24,000 nt of DNA, from the NCBI GenBank assembly GCA_900316055.1, contig ONBK01000009.1, positions 63,540 through 87,539 of the forward strand, given 5' to 3'. Both the position numbers and the translations under genes were made by a program. How positions within the stretch are numbered: position 1 is the stretch's first letter; each line of letters opens with the position of its first letter. This document shows, piece after piece, positions 1-8,299 of this stretch. The notes beneath the pieces were generated by a model that was not told the DNA's origin, did not search any database, and saw only the letters and a program-made list of their open reading frames with translations. This stretch comes from an uncultured Bacteroidales bacterium. GTDB lineage: Bacteria > Bacteroidota > Bacteroidia > Bacteroidales > P3.

Positions 1-348
1 GCGGCCCAGTGTGCGGGGGGCTTTATCGCGAGCTGCATCAACGACCCATCGCTGGCCATGAGTGTGTGTACGATCTACAGCGCCATGTCGTTCTCGCTGA
101 GCGGATTCTCCTTCCCCATCGACGCCATGCCGGGATTCTTCAAGAGTTTCTCGTGGCTCTACCCCATACGGCACTACTTCCTGAACTACACCGACATAGC
201 CATCAACGGAAACAACCTGCACCAGTGCTGGCCGCATTTCTGTGCGCTGATAGCCTTTGGACTGTTGCTGATAATTGGAGCCATGGTGCTGAAAGGACAG
301 GTGAACAAAAACACTGCAGAGGTCAGGCTGAACAAGTTTAAAGTTTAA
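1..348 (+). CDS. ABC-2 family transporter permease, C-terminal part (5' end lies upstream of the window)
   Basis: Frame 1 is open from nt 1, so the listed 58..348 ORF is only the tail of a longer gene. The stretch SFSLSGFSFPIDAMPGFFKSFSWLYPIRHYF plus a final hydrophobic helix is the usual C-terminal region of ABC-2/YhhJ-type permeases. A second permease gene follows in tandem. The last codons (KFKV) and the TAA stop are supplied by the GTTTAAA array. Confidence 0.7.
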   Translation, partial: AAQCAGGFIASCINDPSLAMSVCTIYSAMSFSLSGFSFPIDAMPGFFKSFSWLYPIRHYFLNYTDIAINGNNLHQCWPHFCALIAFGLLLIIGAMVLKGQVNKNTAEVRLNKFKV

Positions 349-399
349 AGTTTAAAGAAAGCTGCCGCCTTAAAACTTCTTAAACCTTTTAAACCCTTT
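336..399 (+). repeat. Intergenic module copy A: GTTTAAA x3 plus CTTAAACCTTTTAAACC arm
   Basis: Read directly: GTTTAAA at 336-342, 343-349 and 350-356, then CTTAAACCTTTTAAACC at 379-395, running into the ATG at 400. The same module recurs at 1598-1675 and 2311-2385. Confidence 0.9.
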
Positions 400-1596
400 A
401 TGAAAAAGATAAGAATCATATTATACGATATTCGCGAGGTGCTGTATGCCGAGATGGGACGTGTGTTCAAGGACAGCACGGTGCTGCTTATCTTCTTCAT
501 CGCCCCCCTGCTCTACCCCGTCATCTTCTGCTTCATGTACGGCTATGAGAACGTGACCAATCTGCCGGTGGCGGTGGTGGATCAGGCCCTCTGCGACGAG
601 AGCAAGCGCTTCATCCACAAGATGGATGCCACGCCCGAAATCACGGTTGAATACAAATGTGCCACTATGGCAGAAGCGGAACGGCTGATGAAGAACGGCG
701 ACGTACACGCCATCTTCTACTTTCCGAAGGATTTCGCCACGGACCTGATAGCCAAGCGGACGGCCCATGTGGCTGTCTTTGCCGACATGAGCTCGTTCTA
801 CTACTACAAGGCGGCACTGCTGGGTTCCAATGCGGTGCTCATCGACGAGATGCACACCATCCAGCTCGAACGCTATGCTGCCGATGGCCTCACGGGCCTG
901 CAGGCACGGGAGCAGATGCAACCGGTGGTGTATGAAGAGTTTACCTCTTTCAATCCCACGGGCGGCTACGGAGCTTTCCTGCTGCCGGCACTGATGATCC
1001 TGGTGGTGCACCAGACGCTCTTTCTGGGCATCTGCCTGCTTTGCGGCGACGCCCGCGAGAACAAGCGCTCGCTGCTGGTCATCCCAGCACGTCTGCGCAC
1101 CCACTGCACCCACCGTGTGACCATCGGACGTGCGCTGTGCTACCTGCTCATCTACACCCCCATCTGCATACTGACGCTGTGGTTTATTCCAAGGATATTT
1201 CAGTTGCCGCAGCTGGGCAACCTCTACTCCATCCTTATCTTCCTGCTGCCCTTCATCCTGTCTGTCATCTTCTTCGGCATCACGGTGGGCAACATCTTTG
1301 TCCGCTACAAGGTCTCTCCCCTACTCTGCTTCGCCTTCTTCAGCCTCATCCTCTTCTTTGCTTCGGGCATGGTGTGGCCGCAGAGCAATATGCCGGGGTT
1401 CTGGTACGGCTTCTCCCAGATCTTCCCCTCGACCCCCGGTGTGCAGGGATTCGTCAAAGTCTCCTCGATGGGAGCCTCGCTGGCCGACGTGCGTAGCGAA
1501 TACCTGACGCTCTGGATCCAAGCCGGCATCTACTTCATCACCGCCTGCTTCTCCCTCCGCTTCATCAAACGCTACAAAATCTTCAATGCAATATAA
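400..1596 (+). CDS. ABC-2 family transporter permease (YhhJ/YbhS-like)
   Basis: 398-aa ATG ORF. It has one N-terminal hydrophobic helix, a large soluble loop, then a C-terminal bundle of hydrophobic helices (LLPALMILVVHQTLFLGICLL, ILIFLLPFILSVIFFGITVG, LLCFAFFSLILFFASGMVWP). This is the ABC-2 permease layout, and it sits in tandem with the upstream permease fragment. Confidence 0.8.
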   Translation: MKKIRIILYDIREVLYAEMGRVFKDSTVLLIFFIAPLLYPVIFCFMYGYENVTNLPVAVVDQALCDESKRFIHKMDATPEITVEYKCATMAEAERLMKNGDVHAIFYFPKDFATDLIAKRTAHVAVFADMSSFYYYKAALLGSNAVLIDEMHTIQLERYAADGLTGLQAREQMQPVVYEEFTSFNPTGGYGAFLLPALMILVVHQTLFLGICLLCGDARENKRSLLVIPARLRTHCTHRVTIGRALCYLLIYTPICILTLWFIPRIFQLPQLGNLYSILIFLLPFILSVIFFGITVGNIFVRYKVSPLLCFAFFSLILFFASGMVWPQSNMPGFWYGFSQIFPSTPGVQGFVKVSSMGASLADVRSEYLTLWIQAGIYFITACFSLRFIKRYKIFNAI

Positions 1597-1597
1597 A

Positions 1598-1675
1598 GTT
1601 TAAAGTTTAAAGTTTAAAGTTTAAAGTTTAAAGCAAAACCTCTTAAACCTTTTAAACCTTTTTAACAAAAGAAAA
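1598..1675 (+). repeat. Intergenic module copy B: GTTTAAA x5 plus CTTAAACCTTTTAAACC arm
   Basis: GTTTAAA x5 at 1598-1632, directly after the TAA stop at 1594-1596. It continues GCAAAACCT, CTTAAACCTTTTAAACC (1642-1658), TTTTTAACAAAAGAAAA, then the ATG of adk. Confidence 0.9.
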
Positions 1676-2323
1676 ATGATCAACATCGTCATCTTCGGTG
1701 CCCCCGGCGCCGGCAAAGGCACCCAGGCGAAGCTCCTGGCCGAGAAATACGACTTTCTGCACATCTCCACCGGTGACCTCCTGCGTCAGGAAGTGGCGCT
1801 GCAGACCCCCATGGGGCTGCGGGCGAAGGCCATCATGAACCGTGGCGACCTGGTGGGCGACGACATCGTGGTGTCGCTCCTCGGACGCGCTCTCGAGTTG
1901 CGCTCCACCCTACCCGACCCCGATGCCGCACTCGACCCGTGGGATGTGGAACGCTATGGCAAGCCGCACCGTCCGGAGGGCTGCATCATCGATGGATTCC
2001 CGCGCACCGTCTCGCAGGCGCAGACGTTGGAGTTCCTCTTCGGGAAGTTGAAGCGCAAGATCGACTGTGTGGTAGCCATCGATGTGCCGCGTGACGAGTT
2101 GGTGAAGCGCATCCACGAGCGTGCGGCCATCAGCGGCCGTGCCGACGATACCGAGGAGGTCATCCGTCACCGCATCGAGCTCTACGACCAACAGACCACC
2201 CCCGTCCTCGACTATTACCGAGTCTCGGGGTTGTTGGTGACTGTCGATGGCAGCGGCGAGATAGCCGAAACCAACGGCCGCATCTGCCAGACCCTCGACC
2301 TGGTGATGAAGTTTAAAGTTTAA
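1676..2323 (+). CDS. adk: Adenylate kinase
   Basis: N-terminal P-loop GAPGAGKGTQ, HISTGDLLR, DGFPRT and GRADD..E..RHR motifs. Size and layout match a short (LID-less) adenylate kinase, with an extra segment before DGFPRT. The C-terminal KFKV and the stop lie in the GTTTAAA array. Confidence 0.9.
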   Translation: MINIVIFGAPGAGKGTQAKLLAEKYDFLHISTGDLLRQEVALQTPMGLRAKAIMNRGDLVGDDIVVSLLGRALELRSTLPDPDAALDPWDVERYGKPHRPEGCIIDGFPRTVSQAQTLEFLFGKLKRKIDCVVAIDVPRDELVKRIHERAAISGRADDTEEVIRHRIELYDQQTTPVLDYYRVSGLLVTVDGSGEIAETNGRICQTLDLVMKFKV

Positions 2324-2385
2324 AGTTTAAAGTTTAAAGCAAAACCTCTTAAACCTTTTAAACCCTTTAAACAAAAGAAAAGAAC
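2311..2385 (+). repeat. Intergenic module copy C: GTTTAAA x4 plus CTTAAACCTTTTAAACC arm
   Basis: GTTTAAA x4 at 2311-2338, then GCAAAACCT, CTTAAACCTTTTAAACC (2348-2364), CTTTAAACAAAAGAAAAGAACAA. It is nearly identical to copy B but is followed only by an 8-codon stub (ATG at 2388). Confidence 0.9.
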
Positions 2386-2399
2386 AAATGCAACTCCTC

Positions 2400-2424
2400 G
2401 GCAGAGAGGTTTGAGGCCTCTGCC
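2400..2424 (+). terminator. Hairpin downstream of adk (possible terminator)
   Basis: GGCAGAG (2400-2406) pairs with CTCTGCC (2418-2424) around an 11-nt loop. There is no clear U-tract afterwards, so confidence is low. Confidence 0.3.
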
Positions 2425-2503
2425 TTCCGAGTCCTGAAGTAGCAATAGGTCCGCGCCCCTCTCGACTTCCATTGCTCTATGTAATAACTGAATTGGATTA
2501 AAA

Positions 2504-2518
2504 GGTTTAAAAGGTTTA
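2504..2518. repeat. Inverted copy of the TAAACCTTTTAAACC arm
   Basis: GGTTTAAAAGGTTTA at 2504-2518 is the exact reverse complement of TAAACCTTTTAAACC at 2350-2364. It contains the stop codon (2516-2518) of the 356-aa minus-strand gene. Confidence 0.85.
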
Positions 2519-3586
2519 AATGGTTTGAGATTCTGAATTATTCCTATTCTTCCTAATCACAATCGAGGCATCTTTCTGTTTGGGCACACAATAGGAAGAA
2601 TAAAGTTCCTCGTTTTCTTCTTTGAATGTTTTCCTATCAAACTGTAAGATTGTTTTGAGAGGATAGTAGTTGACGCTGTATTTCGTGGATGTATATTTAT
2701 CTAAATGTCTATCTTCCATCTGCTGTAGGAGTTGAGAACGAAGTTCTTTTATCTTTTCCTCAACATTGGCTTTTTCAAGCAGTAATTCATCTAATTCCCG
2801 CTCATATTCATCAAACCAATCCTGGTTTTGCTTCTGGGGAGCGACTTCAAATGAAGGCATATCATCCTTCTTTTCATCCACAACGGATGGGACATCGCCC
2901 TGTGGTTCCCAAGGCATCTTATCCTCTTTAGGTTTCCCTTGAATCAAACACCCAGACAACTGCAGGTAGCAGCGTTCTTCATCGTCCGAATCCTCAGGTT
3001 TCCACCAGTGTGCCAGCGAGAGACGTATCAGCGAGCCTTCCTCTATCGTGTCCAAGGGTTTTTCGGCACCGACGTAGGAGATGGTGTAGCCATAGCGGTT
3101 CGACATGTTATTGTAGCGGTATTGCCATCGCCCACGACTTTCGTATCCCAACAGCCGTTTGTCGTTGATCCAAAAGCAGGTGCTGTAGGCCGGCACATCT
3201 TCTTTCGAGATGTAAAGCTTATCCATGTCGGTCCGTTTCAACTTGCCATCGAACACCGAAAACAACGAACCCTGAAAAAGTGGGATTCTGGCTCTTTCGA
3301 GCCATCCAGCAAACCGATTGATTGACAAATTCAGTATATCTACCCTATCCACCTTCTCACGTCGCGTCACATTTGCATCCTCAGTATGCGGGTTGGGGCG
3401 TCGCGGATTTAGGTGATAATCTATATTCCAGATTTCCCATATCTCATAAGGGCAATCTTCAGCTGTCTCGTGGCCTCCATTGGCTGTGAGGAGCCGCACA
3501 GAGCGACAGAAATCCACATCCACTCCACCGACACATACGTAGCCGTTTGCCATTCTCGTTCTCGATACAATAATTACACGTGCCAT
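2516..3586 (-). CDS. Hypothetical protein, 356 aa (third gene of the DUF488 operon)
   Basis: Long ATG ORF whose start overlaps the upstream stop as TAATG at 3586. I recognise no N-terminal ~215-aa domain (MARVIIVSRTRMANGYVCVGG ... LSLAHWWKP ... CYLQLSGC). An acidic linker and a coiled-coil-like tail (ELDELLLEKANVEEKIKELRSQLLQQMED) follow. Confidence 0.7.
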   Translation of the reverse strand: MARVIIVSRTRMANGYVCVGGVDVDFCRSVRLLTANGGHETAEDCPYEIWEIWNIDYHLNPRRPNPHTEDANVTRREKVDRVDILNLSINRFAGWLERARIPLFQGSLFSVFDGKLKRTDMDKLYISKEDVPAYSTCFWINDKRLLGYESRGRWQYRYNNMSNRYGYTISYVGAEKPLDTIEEGSLIRLSLAHWWKPEDSDDEERCYLQLSGCLIQGKPKEDKMPWEPQGDVPSVVDEKKDDMPSFEVAPQKQNQDWFDEYERELDELLLEKANVEEKIKELRSQLLQQMEDRHLDKYTSTKYSVNYYPLKTILQFDRKTFKEENEELYSSYCVPKQKDASIVIRKNRNNSESQTI

Positions 3587-4062
3587 TATAGATGAGTTAT
3601 TGGATATCCGAATAATTTATGCAACTCATTTGCCACAATCGAGCGATGACAGGCATAGGGTGACTCCTCAACACAAAAAAAGACAACCCGTCTGGCGCCC
3701 ATTGCCTTGAGTTCCTCAACCAAAACCTGAAAATCGTAGCCCGCGATATGTTTCTTGTATCCGCTGACAAACACATCACCCAGCCGCGTGCGGTCTTTCT
3801 TTTGGATTCCGTTTAGTTTGTCGGCCTCTTTCTGTTTTTCACGAATTCCTTTGGTAGGCGATAAATCCTTGAGATAAGAATATCTGATATTCATTTCCGC
3901 GAGCCGCTGCAGCAGACGCTGAATGTTGACGAAGGCGTACTGGCTTCCCCGTACCCCACGCCGCTGCCGGATGTCGCAGAAGGTGTCGATATGGTTCTCA
4001 GCCAGTTTGCTGAAGAATCGCTGCTCGGTGGAGTTGTAGACCCCTAATGTGAAGACCTCCAT
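3586..4062 (-). CDS. DUF488 domain protein (paralog 2)
   Basis: VFTLGVYNSTEQRFFSKL..IDTFCDIRQRRG at the N terminus and VVFFCVEESPYACHRS near the C terminus match the two conserved DUF488 blocks. The listed start at 4065 is GTG. The ATG at 4060-4062 gives a TGATG junction with the upstream stop. Confidence 0.75.
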   Translation of the reverse strand: MEVFTLGVYNSTEQRFFSKLAENHIDTFCDIRQRRGVRGSQYAFVNIQRLLQRLAEMNIRYSYLKDLSPTKGIREKQKEADKLNGIQKKDRTRLGDVFVSGYKKHIAGYDFQVLVEELKAMGARRVVFFCVEESPYACHRSIVANELHKLFGYPITHL

Positions 4063-4604
4063 CACTCATACGTTTTTCGTGACATGAAACTTTCTTCGCC
4101 AAAGAGCGTCATGGTGCCCAGCCCTTTGGTCAGGATAGCCATCACGGTCTCCTGCGATTGGCTTTTGCCGATGCCGACGATGTGGTTCATAGAGATGTCA
4201 TGTTTTATCAGTTCCTGACCGATGAGTTTGCTACGGTGGCATTTTTCGGGTTCCGACTCACTGCACATCACAGCCACTTTCAGTCCCTTCTCGGCAGCTA
4301 CCAGCAATCGGGCAAGACCTTCTTGGAAGAACGCTTTTTCGCGCACTTTGGCGTAGTCGATATGTCCATCGGTATAGCAGGAGGTGTCGCTCGGCAGCCC
4401 ACCGATGCTGTCGCCCATATAGACGTAGACGAAGCCCCGCTTTTGCAGCAGCGCTCGCAGCGCCTCCTGGTTGAAAGAGGGGTTCCATTTTGAGTAGGGC
4501 TTGGTACGCACATCAATAAGGTACTGTATGCCAAACGACCGAAGTTCCTGTTCGAATTCCTCGAAGGTCTTGTTCCCGTGTCCTATGGAATAGATAGTCG
4601 ACAT
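4062..4604 (-). CDS. DUF488 domain protein (paralog 1)
   Basis: IYSIGHGNKTFEEFEQELRSFGIQYLIDVRTKPYSKWNP and VAVMCSESEPEKCHRS are the canonical DUF488 blocks. ATG start at 4604. Confidence 0.8.
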   Translation of the reverse strand: MSTIYSIGHGNKTFEEFEQELRSFGIQYLIDVRTKPYSKWNPSFNQEALRALLQKRGFVYVYMGDSIGGLPSDTSCYTDGHIDYAKVREKAFFQEGLARLLVAAEKGLKVAVMCSESEPEKCHRSKLIGQELIKHDISMNHIVGIGKSQSQETVMAILTKGLGTMTLFGEESFMSRKTYE

Positions 4605-4905
4605 GCCTTTAATAATACTGATTTTATTGTCAATAACGTCACATTTGCTGAATTATTGCGCATCGCAGAATCAAAAAAAATGCTCAGTCATATGTAACAT
4701 TTCGCCTCCCGTCCATACTATAAAAGCAGAAAAACACAAAAACCACAGTATATGATATACATCATTCAAAATCGCATGGTATGGATTCTCTACACCGAAA
4801 GAGACATCACTTCGCCTTGTCGACGCCTATACCTCCCCAGCATCCGCAATGAGCACAAATGGTCACCGATGGTAATACGATTGTAAATTCACAAAAAAGT
4901 AAAAC

Positions 4906-5223
4906 ATGACACCCACACACGAACAATTTAAAGAACTAATGGCATTCATAAAGAATGCCCAGGAAAAAGAAGACAAAATCAATGATGCCTTAAAAGTCAT
5001 CTGGGACGATGAACAGGGCCAATACCCTCCCTTATACATCTCGCCTTGGTGCAATGCCTCCATCCTCAATGAAATTCCTGTTCTCTGCAAACTCCAGATG
5101 CAGATCCGATGCGTATTGAATTTTCATATTATTAGTTCGTTTTCTTTTAAATCTTCCGCAAACATCCTCAATATCTTCAGCATCGCCTCATTTGCCGACA
5201 TAAACGCCTTGTCGTTTATTTGA
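4906..5223 (+). CDS. Possible small hypothetical protein (doubtful)
   Basis: The first ~60 codons look protein-like (MTPTHEQFKELMAFIKNAQEKEDKINDALKVIWDDEQGQYPPLY). The last ~100 nt run antisense through the 3' end of the 552-aa gene and read as low-complexity sequence. Confidence 0.2.
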   Translation: MTPTHEQFKELMAFIKNAQEKEDKINDALKVIWDDEQGQYPPLYISPWCNASILNEIPVLCKLQMQIRCVLNFHIISSFSFKSSANILNIFSIASFADINALSFI

Positions 5224-6782
5224 ATCTTGTCCTGACCATTCTTCCTGCCATACAAATAGCAGTGCTGGTGGTCGTCATAGTTGGTGATGCCCACACCGAT
5301 GCCATATTTCTCATACAGTCGGGCGAGTATTGCGCACACTGTCATCGCCTCCGAAACCTCATCCCTAATGGGGTCATACACCGAATCCTCCTGCGGAACG
5401 GGCTCATCCAACTCCAACTGTCCCACAGGATTCCACGTAGCCAGCGACACAATCTCATCGTACTGTTCACAAGTAATTTCTTCGTCCAATCCCAAGTAGC
5501 ACTCATACGGCAATGAGAACACACTGCCTTCCTCGTGATGGTTCAGGTAGTCGTGAAAGGTATGTGGCGTCAGCCTTACATAGTCCTTAGCCTCCAGAAT
5601 ATCAAGCATTTTCTGCGCATTGTGCAGTAGCAGCGGAGCCCCAGCTTCGTAGAGCGCCAGCGCGATCTCGCAACCCGCATCCACCCAAGCCGAGTAGCTT
5701 ACGCCAAAACTGATGAGCCAACCACCAGGGGTGTAATAATCCGTGGCATGCACGTCGTTCCGCGACAAACCCAGCTCACCATAGTGGTCGAACGCCATCT
5801 CCTTGAAAGCCTCCTCGCTATCGAAATCCGTCTCATCCGTGATCTCGCCACGGTTTCCCATCTGATATCGACGATAGAACCCGATGTCATCCAGTTTCGT
5901 TGACTCCTCAAGAAATTCAGCATATTCCAATCTTTCCCTCTTGTTTCGACGATACAAACGCTGGAAATGCGCTTCGTAGGCTTCATATGCCACTCTGAAG
6001 TACTTGGCATAAATCCGGATGCTCATTTTGGGAAGCGGTTCCCTATAACACGAAGGCAACTGACCTTCATCTTTCGATGTTTCCGGTCGTTCAAACTTGT
6101 CGCCAACCCATTTCGGCTCCGTCCTTCGGTAAACCTCCTCATTGGCGATACACTCCTTCAACATCTTGATCACCTTCTTCACATTCTTCGGCCTTCGCCT
6201 CTGCCACGGCACAATCCTATCCAGATCCTTTCTCGCTATCCGTCCCGTCCGCTGCCGTTTGGGCAGATGCTCATCCACATAGCGGTTATACGCCTCCACG
6301 TCAGCTGCAATCTCCGGCACCTTCTCTCGCAGAAACTCCGCCAGCGGTTCCAGCAGCCACTCCATATCCCGATGGTGCACATGCTTGTCGTCATCGTCGT
6401 GAATCTGGCACCACCAATGCACGTTCTCCACCATGTGCAGATAGGTATGTCCCCGGTATTGCGTCACCGCGATATGATACCATTGCGACTCCCTTGGGTA
6501 GTTCGACTTCCACTCCTTCAGATAGTCCGCCCGCGTATAGACCTCCTCCTCGGCCCAGTACTTCGCATCATTGAACGAGCACCAGTCCGAAGGCTTTCCC
6601 CTCGGCACCTCAATCCACAGCGAGTGCCGATAGTCGTCCCCCGAAGGCGCAAACACATCCAGCAGCCCTTTGATCTCCATCAGCAGCTCCAGCGACCTAC
6701 CACTCACGCAAATCCCGTTCAAATCATGATTCCCCGCATCCGCCCGCTCCATCAGCGGCACAGTCAATTTTCTCTTTGCCAT
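5124..6782 (-). CDS. Hypothetical protein, 552 aa, no recognisable domain
   Basis: Uninterrupted ATG ORF with a normal-looking, charged and aromatic-rich composition. Its 304-nt AT-rich upstream region suggests a monocistronic gene. I recognise no motif. Confidence 0.7.
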   Translation of the reverse strand: MAKRKLTVPLMERADAGNHDLNGICVSGRSLELLMEIKGLLDVFAPSGDDYRHSLWIEVPRGKPSDWCSFNDAKYWAEEEVYTRADYLKEWKSNYPRESQWYHIAVTQYRGHTYLHMVENVHWWCQIHDDDDKHVHHRDMEWLLEPLAEFLREKVPEIAADVEAYNRYVDEHLPKRQRTGRIARKDLDRIVPWQRRRPKNVKKVIKMLKECIANEEVYRRTEPKWVGDKFERPETSKDEGQLPSCYREPLPKMSIRIYAKYFRVAYEAYEAHFQRLYRRNKRERLEYAEFLEESTKLDDIGFYRRYQMGNRGEITDETDFDSEEAFKEMAFDHYGELGLSRNDVHATDYYTPGGWLISFGVSYSAWVDAGCEIALALYEAGAPLLLHNAQKMLDILEAKDYVRLTPHTFHDYLNHHEEGSVFSLPYECYLGLDEEITCEQYDEIVSLATWNPVGQLELDEPVPQEDSVYDPIRDEVSEAMTVCAILARLYEKYGIGVGITNYDDHQHCYLYGRKNGQDKIQINDKAFMSANEAMLKILRMFAEDLKENELII

Positions 6783-7052
6783 ACTATAATTCGTTTAATT
6801 GTTCACCCCTATAGTATGCTCCGGGACCAAAATGTTACATGCTCCCGTAAAATATTTTTGAAATATTTATTCCACCATTTACTCCACCATGAATTTCTGG
6901 CAGATTTCCAAATCCTCACATTTTTTCTTCTGCAATTATTCCAAAATCTCACAATTTATTTCTCAAAAACACCAAAACCGGAAATGTCACATGCGCCAGC
7001 AGAAATACAACGTTTTTGGCAAAAAACGCAAAAATTGCCAAAATCATTGTAC

Positions 7053-7084
7053 AAAAAAAGGCCAGCGCGTTGGTGCCAGCCTTT
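7053..7084 (-). terminator. Intrinsic terminator after the PIN-like gene
   Basis: The minus-strand RNA reads AAAGGCUGGCACCAACGCGCUGGCCUUUUUUU. It forms a 7-bp stem (GGCUGGC/GCUGGCC, two G:U pairs that exist only on this strand) followed by U7, 3 nt after the stop at 7087. Confidence 0.6.
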
Positions 7085-7086
7085 AT

Positions 7087-7614
7087 TCATATCTTCGTAC
7101 AGACATACGTGTCGAAGTTTACCAGAGGCGGGAAACTGCCCATACTTCGAACCTCCGAAATGAAAGCATTGGCCTCAGCCTTGGTCATCTTACCACGACG
7201 GATAGCATAGTACAGGAAGTCACAGGTGGTCAGGTAGGTAATACCCTTTTCCTCGCAGTAGGCCGTCACGTCCTTCGTGTTGCTGCTGCCCACCACATCG
7301 TGATGATAGAGGCAATACACCATACAGGCACTCTCTCCCCGTCCCAGTGCCGGTCCGTCCTTGGATATCAACCGCGCATACTCCTTCACCTCACCGGCGG
7401 TCTTTCCGAAAGTCTCCTCAGCAATCGTCTTCTCCTGCGATATTTCCTTCTGTAGCATCGACAGCAAAAGGGCCGGTATCTCCCACTTCACCACGTCCAG
7501 AACCATAAACTGGAACTCAGGCAGTATCAACGGCAGCTCATGCAACCTCCCGGCCTTGGCAAAATGGATGATGACATCCGCATCCAACACTATCTTAGTC
7601 TTCTTCACTGCCAT
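7087..7614 (-). CDS. PIN-like nuclease domain protein (DUF3368/VapC-like pattern)
   Basis: IVLDADVIIHFAKAGRLHELPLILPEF..VLDVVKWEI resembles the N-terminal PIN/DUF3368 block. Further acidic positions sit in GRGESACMVY and SSNTKD. It overlaps the ImmA gene by 20 nt. Confidence 0.5.
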   Translation of the reverse strand: MAVKKTKIVLDADVIIHFAKAGRLHELPLILPEFQFMVLDVVKWEIPALLLSMLQKEISQEKTIAEETFGKTAGEVKEYARLISKDGPALGRGESACMVYCLYHHDVVGSSNTKDVTAYCEEKGITYLTTCDFLYYAIRRGKMTKAEANAFISEVRSMGSFPPLVNFDTYVCTKI

Positions 7615-8299
7615 ACAGCATATTCATCAACTCGTTATAATGCCCCTCTGAAATCTTGCCTGTCTCAAACAGCGCACGCGCTTTTTCGCCAAAGTCACCT
7701 ATCACCAGCCCCTCGTTGCCAGGCTCATAGAGCGACATGTCGTAGCCGTATTCCCGTGCCGACTCTTTCACGCCAACTGCCTTCAAAGCCTCAAGCTGCT
7801 GCTGCGAAATCAGTCCGATGTCCTTCAACCGTATCAATAGCGTTATCCTCGACACCCCGAAATACTGCTCCAGCTTGAGCACCGTGGCCAGCGAAAGCTT
7901 GTGACCCATAATTTCCTCCTTGCTCACCATCGTCAGCACCCCCTCGCGAGGCATCAGCAGCGACGAGGCAAAACGGTTGGCGTTCTTTTCCTCGCCATCA
8001 ACACCGTCACCGCACATGTGAGGCATGGGCTTCTCGTCGAAATAAAGATGATACAGCTCGTGTGCAATGGTGAAATGCTGGCGGCCACGGGTAGAGTTGC
8101 TGTTGACCAGCATGAAACGCTTCTGGCCCGACATACAGCTGATACCGAACGAGTTTTCCGACAGCGGACGGTAAACCAGGGTCACGCCCAGCTTGCGGAT
8201 CAGCGTCTTGGCGTTGATGGGCTCAGCCAGGCCCAATCCCAAATCCGACCTGAACTTGGCGGCCAGTGAATCAGCTTCGATAATGGTTAGTGTCTTCAT
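7595..8299 (-). CDS. ImmA/IrrE family metallo-endopeptidase (COG2856)
   Basis: HExxH motif in FTIAHELYHLYFD, preceded by the typical RQHFTIAHE context. ATGA overlap with the upstream XRE gene at 8296-8299. Confidence 0.8.
   Translation of the reverse strand: MKTLTIIEADSLAAKFRSDLGLGLAEPINAKTLIRKLGVTLVYRPLSENSFGISCMSGQKRFMLVNSNSTRGRQHFTIAHELYHLYFDEKPMPHMCGDGVDGEEKNANRFASSLLMPREGVLTMVSKEEIMGHKLSLATVLKLEQYFGVSRITLLIRLKDIGLISQQQLEALKAVGVKESAREYGYDMSLYEPGNEGLVIGDFGEKARALFETGKISEGHYNELMNMLYGSEED

Noticed and set aside
421-1113. 230-aa minus-strand ORF, and the 9..341 + ORF
   Set aside because: They are shadow frames of GC-rich permease genes. The translations are R/G/A/H-rich and non-protein-like.
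4863-5090. 75-aa minus-strand ORF in the 4.6-5.1 kb spacer
   Set aside because: The translation is Cys/Ser/Phe-rich with no start context. It overlaps the slightly more plausible + strand ORF.
7016-7041. Sigma-54-type promoter (TTGGCAA-N12-TTGCCAA)
   Set aside because: The spacing between the GG and GC elements is too long for the -24/-12 consensus. It is more simply a 7-bp inverted repeat of unknown meaning.
5967-7455. Long + strand ORFs (398 aa and 188 aa)
   Set aside because: They are antisense shadows of the 552-aa and PIN-like genes, with proline-, arginine- and histidine-rich low-complexity translations.
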